Source: an uncultured Bacteroidales bacterium (lineage in GTDB: Bacteria > Bacteroidota > Bacteroidia > Bacteroidales > UBA7960). Taken from it: a DNA stretch of 54,639 nucleotides. The position numbers were made by a program, and so were the translations under genes. The stretch covers positions 1 to 54,639 of the forward strand of contig CAZPVB010000006.1 of assembly GCA_964589855.1 (NCBI GenBank), read 5' to 3'. Below are positions 1 to 11,600 of this stretch, piece after piece. Each line of letters opens with the position of its first letter. Position 1 is the first letter of the stretch. The notes under the pieces are model-generated. The model worked only from the letters and a program-made list of their open reading frames with translations. It was not told the origin of the DNA and did not search any database.

Positions 1-162
1 GTCTTTACTAATGTTTCCATTCAGCCAGCGCCACCAGGTGCGCGGTTGGTGCTGTGTTACAACAGATTGAAAATCTGATTTTAATTGCTGTTCATTTTGA
101 TCCGGGCTGCAAGCCGCTATGAGGAATAAAATACTCAATAATAATGATATTCTCTTTTTCAT
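1..162 (-). CDS. 5' part of a lipoprotein glycoside hydrolase, GH106 alpha-L-rhamnosidase-like (runs off the window edge)
   Basis: Manual translation from ATG at 162: MKKRISLLLSILFLIAAC-SPDQ...PRTWWRWLNGNISKD. Lipobox IAAC, plus the P-x-x-WW-x-W-x-NGN-x-S-K motif typical of GH106 N-termini. Not in the ORF track because it is truncated. Confidence 0.75.
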   Translation of the reverse strand, partial: MKKRISLLLSILFLIAACSPDQNEQQLKSDFQSVVTQHQPRTWWRWLNGNISKD

Positions 163-350
163 TTTAAACTGTTCTTAGTTTTTGTAACTGAACAAAAATA
201 GAAAAAAATGTACAGCCTTACATTTTTAACTTTTTAATAAAGTGTGTGGTATAAACCGGTATATTCTTAAAACTTTATTCTGTGCCTTCCCGACTCCAAT
301 CGGTTTCCGGGATTTCATACACATCCCCTGTTCGTAAATAACTACTTACT

Positions 351-1871
351 CTATTTCCATTCCATTGGCACTTTAGCATCTTCTTCAATTTTTTCCCCTT
401 GCCAGTAAGGTTCTCCGTCGATTATTTCGATTAACCGGGTTTTACTTCCCGGCGCCGGAGTGGCACTCTTTGGCAGGTGACCGGCAAGTTTTTCCATAAC
501 GGGCTCATACCCCTCCTCCCGGGCCAGATTATTCCATTCATAGGGATCTTCCCTGCGGTTGTAAAGTTCTCTTGAACCATCGGCATATTGTATGAAACGC
601 CATTGTTCCGTTACCACGACATTGTTATCCGGACCGTGGGTGCATATAGCCGGCCATTCACGCTTATAGTTCACATCATTCAAAAGCGGCTCCAACGAAT
701 GGCCTTCCAGTCCTTGTTTTTCAGGAAGACCGGCCAGATCGATTAGTGTGGGGTATAAATCCAGCAGTTCCACCGGAGCATCACTTGTTTTCCCTGTTTC
801 TTTTACGCCCGGGCCGGAAAAGATAAACGGTACCCGGGTACTCTCGTGCCACAGCGTATTTTTTCCGGTAATATTTTTGGTGCCCAGGTGATAGCCGTGG
901 TCGGACAATAAAACCACAATGGTGTTATCTGCCAATCCCTGCTGTTCAAGAACGTCGAGCAATCTGCCTACCAGCATGTCGGCAAAGCTTACACTGGCCA
1001 GATAGGCCCGTACCTTGGATTTCCATTCGTTGTGCATTTGCAGCCAGGCCAATCGTGGTTCGGGCAAATCCCAGTGCAGGTACCAGGCAAACGGGGGGAT
1101 GTCGTCCCTGTCGTCAGCACGCACGACCGGCAGCAAATAATCGTCTTCGGGATAGAGGTCGAACCACTGTTGACTTGCAAACAGGGGCACATGCGGGTGC
1201 CGAATGCCGACGGCCAGGAAAAAGGGTTTATCTTTCGGCGGGTTCTTCAACTGCTGTATAGCCCATTCGGTTACTTTCCAGTCGTCTTGCTGGTTGTCTT
1301 CCTCAGGGAAAACGCCCCAGTCAACCAGCGGATGCCCGGTGGCTTTTACAAAAGGTTCCTCGGGGCGGGGATAAAACCCTCCATGAAACCCCCATTTGGT
1401 AAACTCGGGCCCATCCCGGCGGTCTTCTTTCGGCGGATAGGCATCGTGATAAGTTTTACCCGTGCTCATGGTAACATATCCGTTATTCTCAAAATGTTGC
1501 GGAAGGGTTACAACATCTTCATATCCTTCAACTTCCCTGATCCATGGTCCAAGAGCGTAAATGCCAGTAGTGGTTGGACGCAACCCTGTCATTAAACTGG
1601 CACGCGAAGGATTACAAATTGGCGCCTGTACATGGGCATTGGTAAAAGCAACACCATTGGCAGCCAGTCGGTCCATGTGGGGGGTTTGTACTTTGGGATG
1701 GCCGCCGAGATGTCCCACCCAGTCGTTAAGATCGTCTATGGAAATCATCAGGACGTTGGGTTTTTCATTTTGTGCAAATGTAGGTTGTGGGATGAAAATG
1801 CTCAACAAACAAAGATGGGCAGGAACAGATAAAACAGACTGGAAACGATATTTTTTCATAGGTATGTTCAT
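351..1871 (-). CDS. Exported Cys-type formylglycine sulfatase (iduronate-2-sulfatase-like family)
   Basis: Motifs PNVLMISIDDL, CNPSRASLMTG (CxPxR), GKTYH, PHVP and SDHGYHLG; N-terminal signal peptide. True start may be ATG at 1859. Confidence 0.92.
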   Translation of the reverse strand: MNIPMKKYRFQSVLSVPAHLCLLSIFIPQPTFAQNEKPNVLMISIDDLNDWVGHLGGHPKVQTPHMDRLAANGVAFTNAHVQAPICNPSRASLMTGLRPTTTGIYALGPWIREVEGYEDVVTLPQHFENNGYVTMSTGKTYHDAYPPKEDRRDGPEFTKWGFHGGFYPRPEEPFVKATGHPLVDWGVFPEEDNQQDDWKVTEWAIQQLKNPPKDKPFFLAVGIRHPHVPLFASQQWFDLYPEDDYLLPVVRADDRDDIPPFAWYLHWDLPEPRLAWLQMHNEWKSKVRAYLASVSFADMLVGRLLDVLEQQGLADNTIVVLLSDHGYHLGTKNITGKNTLWHESTRVPFIFSGPGVKETGKTSDAPVELLDLYPTLIDLAGLPEKQGLEGHSLEPLLNDVNYKREWPAICTHGPDNNVVVTEQWRFIQYADGSRELYNRREDPYEWNNLAREEGYEPVMEKLAGHLPKSATPAPGSKTRLIEIIDGEPYWQGEKIEEDAKVPMEWK

Positions 1872-2380
1872 TGCATTGAATATATCAGACGATTTATTTA
1901 AGTTTGATATTTTTTGTTTGGTTAGAAGGAAACAAAACCAAAAATATCAAAATCCGGAAAGAGTTCAATTGATAAAATGCTTCGCAGAAATCACTCTTAA
2001 CATTATTTTACACAAATATATCCTTTTGTTTGAAAATGAGAAATATACATTTTGATTTTTTAATGTAGATTTTGATCTTATACTCCAAATGGAAAATTTG
2101 TAAATTATGAGTATTCAATCTCTTAAACATGAGGGTCAATTAAGGCATCGCTTAATTTTAATTCAAAAGGGGTGGTTCCCGAATCAGTGCTTACAATTCG
2201 AAAAAAAAGATGACGCTTCCGTGAGCCATTTTAAACCTTTTTCTTGTATCTTTAATTTATCAAGATATAAAAATATGTAAATAATCGCTTTTTACATATA
2301 CATAATTGATCTTCATCTAAAGTTTTGTTATAACCATTAATAGTTTCCGGATTAAACTCTCTTTTTGTTTTTCAATACAT

Positions 2381-2519
2381 GAACCCGCTCTGAAAAGTTT
2401 TTTATCCACGAATTACACGAATTACACGAATTAACACTAATTCAAATATTTAATATTCAGACAATTAAAAACATAGAATTTTCACGAATTTCACGAAAAC
2501 TTGTTTTCGGAGTGGACTC
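2381..2519. mobile_element. MITE family A, copy 1 (139 bp)
   Basis: Imperfect terminal inverted repeats GAACCCGCTCTGAAAA / TTTTCGGAGTGGACTC, flanked by a 6-bp direct repeat ATACAT (2375-2380 and 2520-2525). Internal CACGAATTA tandem. Homologous copy at 34954-35088. Confidence 0.8.
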
Positions 2520-2607
2520 ATACATTTGATCCGCATCAATCAAAAAAATATAATTATCCGTTTTACAGTCAACTTAAAGGTATATTCATTCATCAAATTT
2601 CATTGTT

Positions 2608-5600
2608 ATGAAAAATAGTTACCACCCTTCCTCTCGCAGTCATCAATTTATCTTTTCACTGATAGTGTGGTTTGGTATATCGCTTTTCCTTATACCGGAA
2701 TATAGTTATTCCAATGAGACCATACAAATAGGAACCGGTACATCAACAACCGGCACCAGTGAAGCATCCCCGATAAACATCAACCATTTGAGCATAAAAA
2801 GTCAGTGGGTTTATCAGCAATCTGAGATATCTGCTGATGAGCAACCCAAACTGATCACAGAATTTGGGCTATATATTGCTACAGCACCCGTGCATGCTTT
2901 GCCCAATTTTACCATCAAAATGAGACATACCTCAGCAACAGATGCATCAGCGCATATTGAGGAGCCGTTTACTGTGGTTTATCAAAACAGTGCTTATGAG
3001 CCGCAGGCCGGAGACTTTGATAACCTGACCCTTACCCGGCCATTCTTCTGGAATGGGACAGATAATGTCGCTGTGGAGGTTTGTTTTGATCCCGTACCTT
3101 CATCCAGCAATAGCGGTACCATCAGATACTACTCTCAAACCAACGGATTTCGATATATAAGATCAAACAATGAAGCGGTTTGTGACCTGGAAACGACTTC
3201 CACCAGTTCGCGCAAACCACAGGCAACCATTACGCTGACGGATATCAACGAAAATGATGCAGGCATCGTTTCTATTCTCAATCCGCAAATGCCTTTTGCT
3301 CCCGGACAAACAACCCTTGAAGCAGAAATAAAGAATTTTGGCAGCACCCCCCTTACTGCAGCAACAGTAAATTGGAGTATAAATGGCGCCGCACCCGGTT
3401 CAGTAAACTGGTCAGGAAACCTTTCAACAAACCAGACTGAAACTGTAGTGCTGGGAAATGAAAATTTCTCTGATACCGAAGTGTATGACATTGCAATTTG
3501 GACATCCGAGCCTAACGGAGAAACAGACCCTTTGGCAACCAACGACAGTATCATGGAATACGGATTGCTGACTTCCATGGCAGGCAGCTATACCATTGGG
3601 GGCAGTTCGCCTGATTTTGGCAGTTTTCAGGCGGCTGTCGACGAATTATCGGCCAGGGGAATAACATCTCCTGTAACCATCAATGTTCGCGATGGATTGT
3701 ACAACGAACAGGTTTTCATCCCCTTCATTTTAGGAACAAGTAATGACAACACCATTACTTTTCAGGCAGAATCCGGCAACCCCGAAGACGTCACACTGTC
3801 CTTTAACGCAACATCATCACAAAACTATACGGTATATCTTGAAAAAGTCGGCCACCTGAAGTTTCAAAACATCACTTTGGAGTCAGAAAACAGTACATAC
3901 GGCAGGGTATTCAGTCTAGGACCTGAAACATCCCATCTGACCATTGAAAACGCTGTGATAAAAGGCAATATCAGTACCAGCAGCTCATCTATTCGTGCTT
4001 TGGTATTTGGTGAGGGAGAAAATCTGGATAATATCAACATTCTGAATAACTATTTTGATGGGGGAGCATATGGTGTTCATCTCAATGGTGTATCAAATTC
4101 TCATGCATCCAATATTTTGATTGCCGATAATGAATATATCGACCAGGGATACACTGGGGTTTATTTGAATAGATTTGAGAACCTGGAAATAACCTACAAT
4201 GTCTTTTACTCAACAGGTTCATCCTATTTTGGCATTAATCTAAACAGTGGCGCCGGAGAAAGAAATTTTTCATCCAACCGCATTTATGCACCCAACGGCA
4301 GATATGGAATTTACAACAACAGCAATTCCGGCACAGCTGACCAGAGGGTTTTGATATCCAATAACTTCATCAGTGTGGGCAGCAATAGCACTGCTTATGG
4401 CATCACCCTGAACTGGTCTGACAAGTATATGGATATTTACCACAACAATATTTTGGTTACCGGCAACAGCAGTAACAGCAGCCGGGCTTTAACCACAAGT
4501 AGCACCAACGACAACCTGAACATTAAGAACAACAACTTCATCAATACCGGGGGTGGATATACAGTATACCTGGGTACACTGAATCAGGTGGAGATCAACA
4601 ACAACAACTACCTGAGCACAGGCTCCGTTTTGGCCAGGATAATCAACAATGAGCCAACAAACCTGGAAGAATTGCAACAATTTACCACCCAGGATGTATT
4701 TTCATTATCGCTTGATCCCTATTATGATTCAGACTCCTCACTGTATGTAAACCAGTTGGCACTTTACGATGCAGGTGTTTATGTTGGAGTTGATACTGAT
4801 ATTGACGGATCAGTGCGCAACACGGAAACTCCCGTAATTGGTGCCCATGAATTTGTACCGCCCGCCAACGATGCAGCCATACTCGCCATCAATGAACCCT
4901 CCCTTCCTTTCGATGCCGGTGTAAATAACATCAATGTCAAAATCAAAAACAACGGATCAGAAAATCTGACATCACTCTCAATACAATGGGAAGTAAATGA
5001 GCAGGTGCAAACTGCCCATGCCTGGAGCGGTAATCTGGTTCCGGGAGAAGAAGCAGACATCACCATAGGGTCGTTTGATTTTACCATCAATCAATCTCAT
5101 GATTTGAAAATATGGGCAGAACAGCCCAACGGACAACAGGATGGCTTTGCTCAGAACGACACAATCTTCTGGAATGCTGTTTATCCGGCACTCATAGGCA
5201 CCTACACTGTTGGTGGATCAACACCCGATTTTGAGAATCTTACCAATGCTACTGTCAATCTGAGAACCGGAGGGATTACCGGAGATGTGATCTTTGATAT
5301 TAGAGCAGGAAGCTACAATGAGCAGCTGGTTATTCATGAGTTTCCCAGAACTGACAGTACAAGCAGGGTAACTTTCCGGTCGGCAAATCAAAATGCTGAA
5401 GATGTTACCATCACATACAGTTCAAGTTGGTCAGATAATTATACCATCTTACTCACCAATGTGATCAATATTGAATTGAGTGATCTCACCCTGACTGCAA
5501 CAAATTCGAGTTATGCCAACATCATAGAATTGGTATCTGCAGAAAATATCCTTATACAAAACAATGTATTTCAGGGGGTGGAAACCACATTCACATCCAC

Positions 5601-8600
5601 ATCTAGAACATCTGTTTACTCCAACAGTTGGCACAATGGAATTGAGATAGAAAACAACACTTTTTTCCATAACAGTTACGCCATTTATCTGAATGGAAAT
5701 AGCAATACAGAAGGGACCATCATTAGCGGCAACAACTTCGAAGACCAGTCAGGACAAGGCATCTACATCAGGAATCAACGAATGCCCCTCATCCAAAACA
5801 ATCAGATTTCTACAACTGTGGCTTCCAGTTCTTTCACTGGCATCGAAGTCAGAGACAGCAATGAAGGATTCCAGATCAGCGAAAACACCCTTACCGCCAA
5901 CAATGGAACCTATGGTATCTACATAAGAAATGCCAACGGAACTTCAACCGATCGGGCAAGCATTCATAACAATTTTATACATATGCAGTCAAGTGGCACC
6001 TTTTATGGTGTTTACATATACAGTGCAGATTATCTGAATTTTGTCTTCAACAACATCCATGTAACCGGTGCATCAGAAAACAGCCATGCACTTTTTTCCA
6101 GATTTGGAAATAACCAGGTTTTGGTAAATAACATTTTTGCCAACTCCGCGGGTGGTTATGCCGCTTACATCAGCAGTCCTGCTGTTATAAGTAACATTGA
6201 CCACAACAATTATTTCGTTACCGGCCCATATTTGGGTTATTGGGATAACACATCCATTGCCGGTTTAACAGATTGGGCAAATGCAAGCGGTGGTGATGAA
6301 AATTCGCTTTCATTAGATCCTATTTTTGTTACAGACTCCGATTTGCATGTGCAGCAGGTAGGACTGAAAGAAAAAGGAACCCCCATTGCAGGAATAACAA
6401 CCGATATTGATGGCGAAGAACGAAATACCGAAAATCCCGACATAGGTGCTGATGAATTCCCTGTTCCGGAAAACGATGCCGGTATCGAAGCCGTATTGTC
6501 TCCTGTATCGCCATTTGGATCGGGAGAAAACATGGTTTCTGTATCACTTGCCAATTATGGTGTCAACAACCTTACATCTGTTGAAGTTGGTTGGGAGGTT
6601 AACAACGTTTCCCAACCTGTTTTGGAATGGACAGGAAACCTGGCGGCAGGTGAAAGCATTTCGGTTGACCTGGGCAATTATCCTTTCCAGGCAGGCATAT
6701 CGCATGAGATTAAAGCATGGACAAATCTGCCCAATGATGTAGCAGATGGTGTAAACTTCAATGATACCACCAGTGTAAGCGGATTAATCCCTGCCTTGCT
6801 GGGAGATTATACCATTGGTGGCGAAGCACCGGATTATGAAAACTTCGAAGCTGCAATCATGGCCCTGAATACCAGTGGAATTTTAGGCGCGGTAACCTTC
6901 CAGGTGCGCAGCGGCACTTACAACGAGCAGTTGATCATAAATGCCATAGAAGGCACCAGCGAAGAAAATACAATTACTTTCAGATCGGAAACGGCTGATA
7001 GCACTGATGTAATCCTCAGTTTCAATTCCGGGACATCTGATAATTATATTGTCCGGTTCGATGGAGCATCGCATGTGATCCTGGAAAACATGACGCTTCA
7101 GAGTGAAAACACATCACGCGCCCGGTTGGTTGAATTTATCAACAATTCAAAAAATATCCACTTATCAGGCAATGTATTGCCTGGAAGTACAACCAACACA
7201 ACCAGTACCAACACATCTTTGATTTTTTTGAGTGGGGATGAATTTGAGAATATCACTCTCGAAAACAACCTGTTTTCCAATGGTAGTTATGGGGTTTATA
7301 TTACGCCCAGCTGGAACAACTACCAGGGCCCGCTGCACATCAAAAACAATACTTTTGAAAATCAATATGCTACCGGGATACATGTTACTTTCATGGACAA
7401 CCTGGTGATTGAGGAAAATCATATTTCCACCCAATCAACCTATACATCCTACAATGGAATGAACATTGGCGGAAGAAATGCAACACTTATTTCATCCAAC
7501 ATTGTTCTTACCAATGATGGGAATCGCGGTATTACTGCAAACATCAACGGAACATCAGAAACCAAAGGAGAGATAGTAAACAACTTTATTTATCTTGCCG
7601 GCGTATCATCGGGCGGGTATGGTCTGGAAGTGAGAAACTCTTCTCACACAGATATTTTCCACAACAATGTGTATCTTACCACATCCCATAGTTCCAGTCG
7701 TGCTTTTTATGCGGCCGGGGGCAACAATCTTAGTGTAGTCAATAATAATTTTATCCACTCGGAAAATGGTTATGCCTTTTACACTTCTTCATCAAGCAAC
7801 CTGATAAACTCAGATCATAATAACCTCTATGCACCCATTGGTAAATTAGGGTACTGGAGCAACACAAATGCTGATGATCTGGAAACATGGCAATCTTTGA
7901 GTGGTTTCGACATCAATTCCTTATCGGTTGATCCCATTTTCAACTCCCATACCGATCTGCATGTCAATCAGTCTGCCCTTAACCAGGCAGGAACCGATGT
8001 TGGCGTATCAACGGATATAGACGGCGAACCCAGAAACAATACTACTCCCGACATAGGCGCGGATGAGTTTATTCCTTTGTCTCTCGATCTGGCAATGTTG
8101 TCTGTAGATGAGCCTTCTGTACCTTTTGCATCGGGCAACCAGGAAGTAAAGGTCAGTTTTAAGAACAACAGCACACAACTGATTTCATCCGTATTCCTTT
8201 TGTGGACTGTAAACGGCGAACCACAAACAAGTTACCAGTGGAGCGGAGAATTGCAACCCGGAGAATCAGCACAAGCTACCATAGGTAGTTATAATTTTGA
8301 ACTGGTGGTTCCTTATGATATCACCATAACAAGTTCCAACCCCAATGGTCTTACAGATCAACTGGCGATCAATGATACGGTTGCAGCAACCGGATTGTTC
8401 TCAGCCCTGGATGGTATTTACACCATAGGCGGAGATGATGCCGATTTTGAAAATTTCACCCAGGCAACTGACCTGCTAAACATGGCAGGAGTTTTCGGAC
8501 CCGTAACTTTTAGAGCGCGCCCCGGAGTGTATGAAGAACAGATCGTCTTTGAAAAGTTTCCCGGAGCATCGGAAGAGAACCGCGTAACTTTTACACCGGA

Positions 8601-11600
8601 AAATGATGCAGACTCCACAACAACCATCAGATTTAACCCGGGTAGTGGCAACAACTTCATTGCAAGATTCAACGATGCGGAATTTATTACCTTAAAAAAT
8701 CTCACCCTGGAGTCTGTCAACTCATTTTATGGAATAGTAATAAACATAAATGGATTGAGTAATCATCTGGAATTTTCCGGGAATACCATTATCGGATCAA
8801 ATACCAATAGCACAAGCACAGGAAGGTCTGCAGTGTATGCCGTAAACGAGCCTTTCAGCAACATCCTGTTTCATCAGAATCATATTCAATATGGAAGTTA
8901 TGGATTGTATCTGTATGGAAATGGTAACCAGCCTGGCATTGTCATCAGCGAAAATACGATTACCGATCAATACAGATACGGCATTTATCTGCGGAACCTC
9001 CCAGATGCCCGGATTTTGAAAAACACCATTCAATCGCAAACGGATTATTCATCCTATCATGCCATCCACCTTACATCTTCCCCGGGAGCATTCCAGATCA
9101 ACCAGAACAGGATCATGGGCAGTTTCGATGGTTATGGGATTTATGTCACCAGTTCTTCAGCATCCGTTCAGGACAGGGCATTGATCTCCAACAATTTTAT
9201 TCAGGCAGGCAGCAGCAACAATACAGACGGAATTCATCTGAACTCTTCGGGTAATATCGATGTAGTTTACAACAGTGTAAATATTACCTCAACCGCTGCA
9301 TCATCCTACGCTTTTAACTCAAACTGGAGCCAGGACAACATCATCAAAAATAACATCTTCGCCAGTACATCAGGTGTCCGAACCATGCGTTTTGCTCCTA
9401 CGTCCTATTCTTTCACATCAGACCGGAATAATTTTTACACTCCCGGAAATGTACTGGCCGACTTTGGCGGAGATATAGCCAATCTGGCTTCGTGGCAAAG
9501 CCAAACCGGAAAAGATGGGAACTCTTTGTCTGTGGATCCTGTTTTTGAATCGGACTCGGTACTGTACACCGGGCAAAATGAACTGGTTGGGGCTGCAGAA
9601 CCACAAAGCAGGGTAAATGTGGATATCGACGACAACACCCGCGATCCTTTCGCCCCTGTGATTGGAGCCCATGAACTTACTACCGCCACCGAAGATGCTT
9701 CAGTTGCGGATATCATCTCTCCGGTTATTCCTTTTGCGGAAGGGGTGAATGAACTGAGCATAAGCCTGCTCAATAACGCTCTGAATAACCTGACAGATGT
9801 TACCATTCATTGGATTGTAAACGGGCTGGAACAAACTCCCTATCAATGGAACGGTGACCTTTCTCCCGGATCGGTGGCAGAAATAACCATTGGCAATTTT
9901 AATTTCATATTTGGTGAATCGTACAATATTACCGTATATTCTTCCCTTCCCAATGGGGTCGACGACCAACGTCCTCAGAATGACACCCTGCACCTGGAAA
10001 ATATTTATGCCGGGCTAAACGGAACCTATACCATTGGCTCCGGACTGGCAGATTTCAGCGATTTTTCTTCTGCCATAGAAGCACTCAATAACGGTGGCAT
10101 TGCCGGAGATGTTGAATTTGTTGTAAAGCCTGGAACCTACACCGAGCAGCTACAAATTGGCAACATTGCAGGGACAAGCAATGGAAACACGGTTACATTC
10201 CGATCTGAAAACAATGATTATTCAGATGTAACCCTCACTTATGAGGGCGATTCGCAGGAAAATTATGTTGTGAAGATGAACAATACCAGGGGGGTTCATT
10301 TTGAGTACATCACCTTCGAAAGCATCCATGAAACCTATTCCAGAATTGTTGATCTTAGTGGCAATTTGCAGGATATAAGCTTAAAGAAGAACCGTTTTGC
10401 AGGCAACCAATCCACCAGCACATCCAACCTGCGCTCACTGATTTTTGGACAGGTTGCTTCGCTTCACAATGTAATTCTTGAAGAAAACAGTTTTCAATAC
10501 GGAAGTTATGCTGTATATCTGGAAGGAAACAGCAGCAATACTGACACAGATGCTGTATTTAGAAAAAACACCTTCTTCGATCAGTACAATGCTGGTGCTT
10601 ATCTTATCAACATTACAGCTCCTTTGATTGCTGACAATACCCTTACTTCGGCAGCAACCAGCAATTCATTTTATGGTTTTTATCTTCAAAACTGCAACGA
10701 AGGCATCAATATTTCCTCCAACAGCATTCACAGCATCGAAAATGGTTATGGTATTTATATAACATCCAGTTCATCGAACCTCACACGAAGCAATATTCTC
10801 AACAATTTCATTCAAACGGGTGGCTCAGGAAATGCTTATGGTATTTTTATGACAGGGAGTTCAAGGTTTAACATTTTCCACAATACCCTGCATGTAACCG
10901 GCACTTCAGCGAGCAACGGACGCGCATTTTACATCACCAGTGGAGCCAACAACCTGATCCGGAACAACATCTTTCACAACAGTGGCAGTGGTTATGCCCT
11001 GTATATCAACTCAACCGGATCAATCAGTTCATCCAATTACAACAATCTGTTTTCAACCGGCAGTAATGTAGGTTATTGGGGCAACACAGCCGTTGCAGAC
11101 CTTACTGACTGGCAAAATACCAGCGGTCAGGATGCCAATTCACTGTCGCTGGATCCGGTTTTTCTGGACACCATTGCACCATATATTACACAAGCCAGTT
11201 TGAGTGCATCTGGTGTTCCCATTGCCGAAGTTTCAACCGATATTGACGGAAATCCCCGGAAACCAGGAAATCCTTCTATGGGAGCAGTCGAATTCCTGCC
11301 CCTGAATCAACATGATGCCCAGGTTGTGGATATTCTGGAACCTTATGCACCCTTTGCAGCAGGTAATCAAGATGTTAAAATCAGCATCAGAAATAACGGA
11401 TCAGAAGAGCTTACTTCACTCTTAGTCAATTGGCGTATAAATGGAGAAAGTCAGCAAAGTTATTTGTGGGAAGGAAATTTGTCAACATCTCAAGAAGAAG
11501 AAATCATTATCGGCACTTATGAGTTCAATATTGCCGCTTCTCATCTGGTAAGTATTGAATTGACCCAACCCAACGGTGAAACCGATGAAAGTCCATCTGA

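Noticed and set aside
2169-2186. GGTTCCCGAATC resembling a tRNA T-arm
   Set aside because: Not the TTCRA consensus, and no cloverleaf can be built around it.
2407-2442. Tandem repeat as a possible CRISPR array
   Set aside because: 9-bp units with no spacers; no cas genes in the window.
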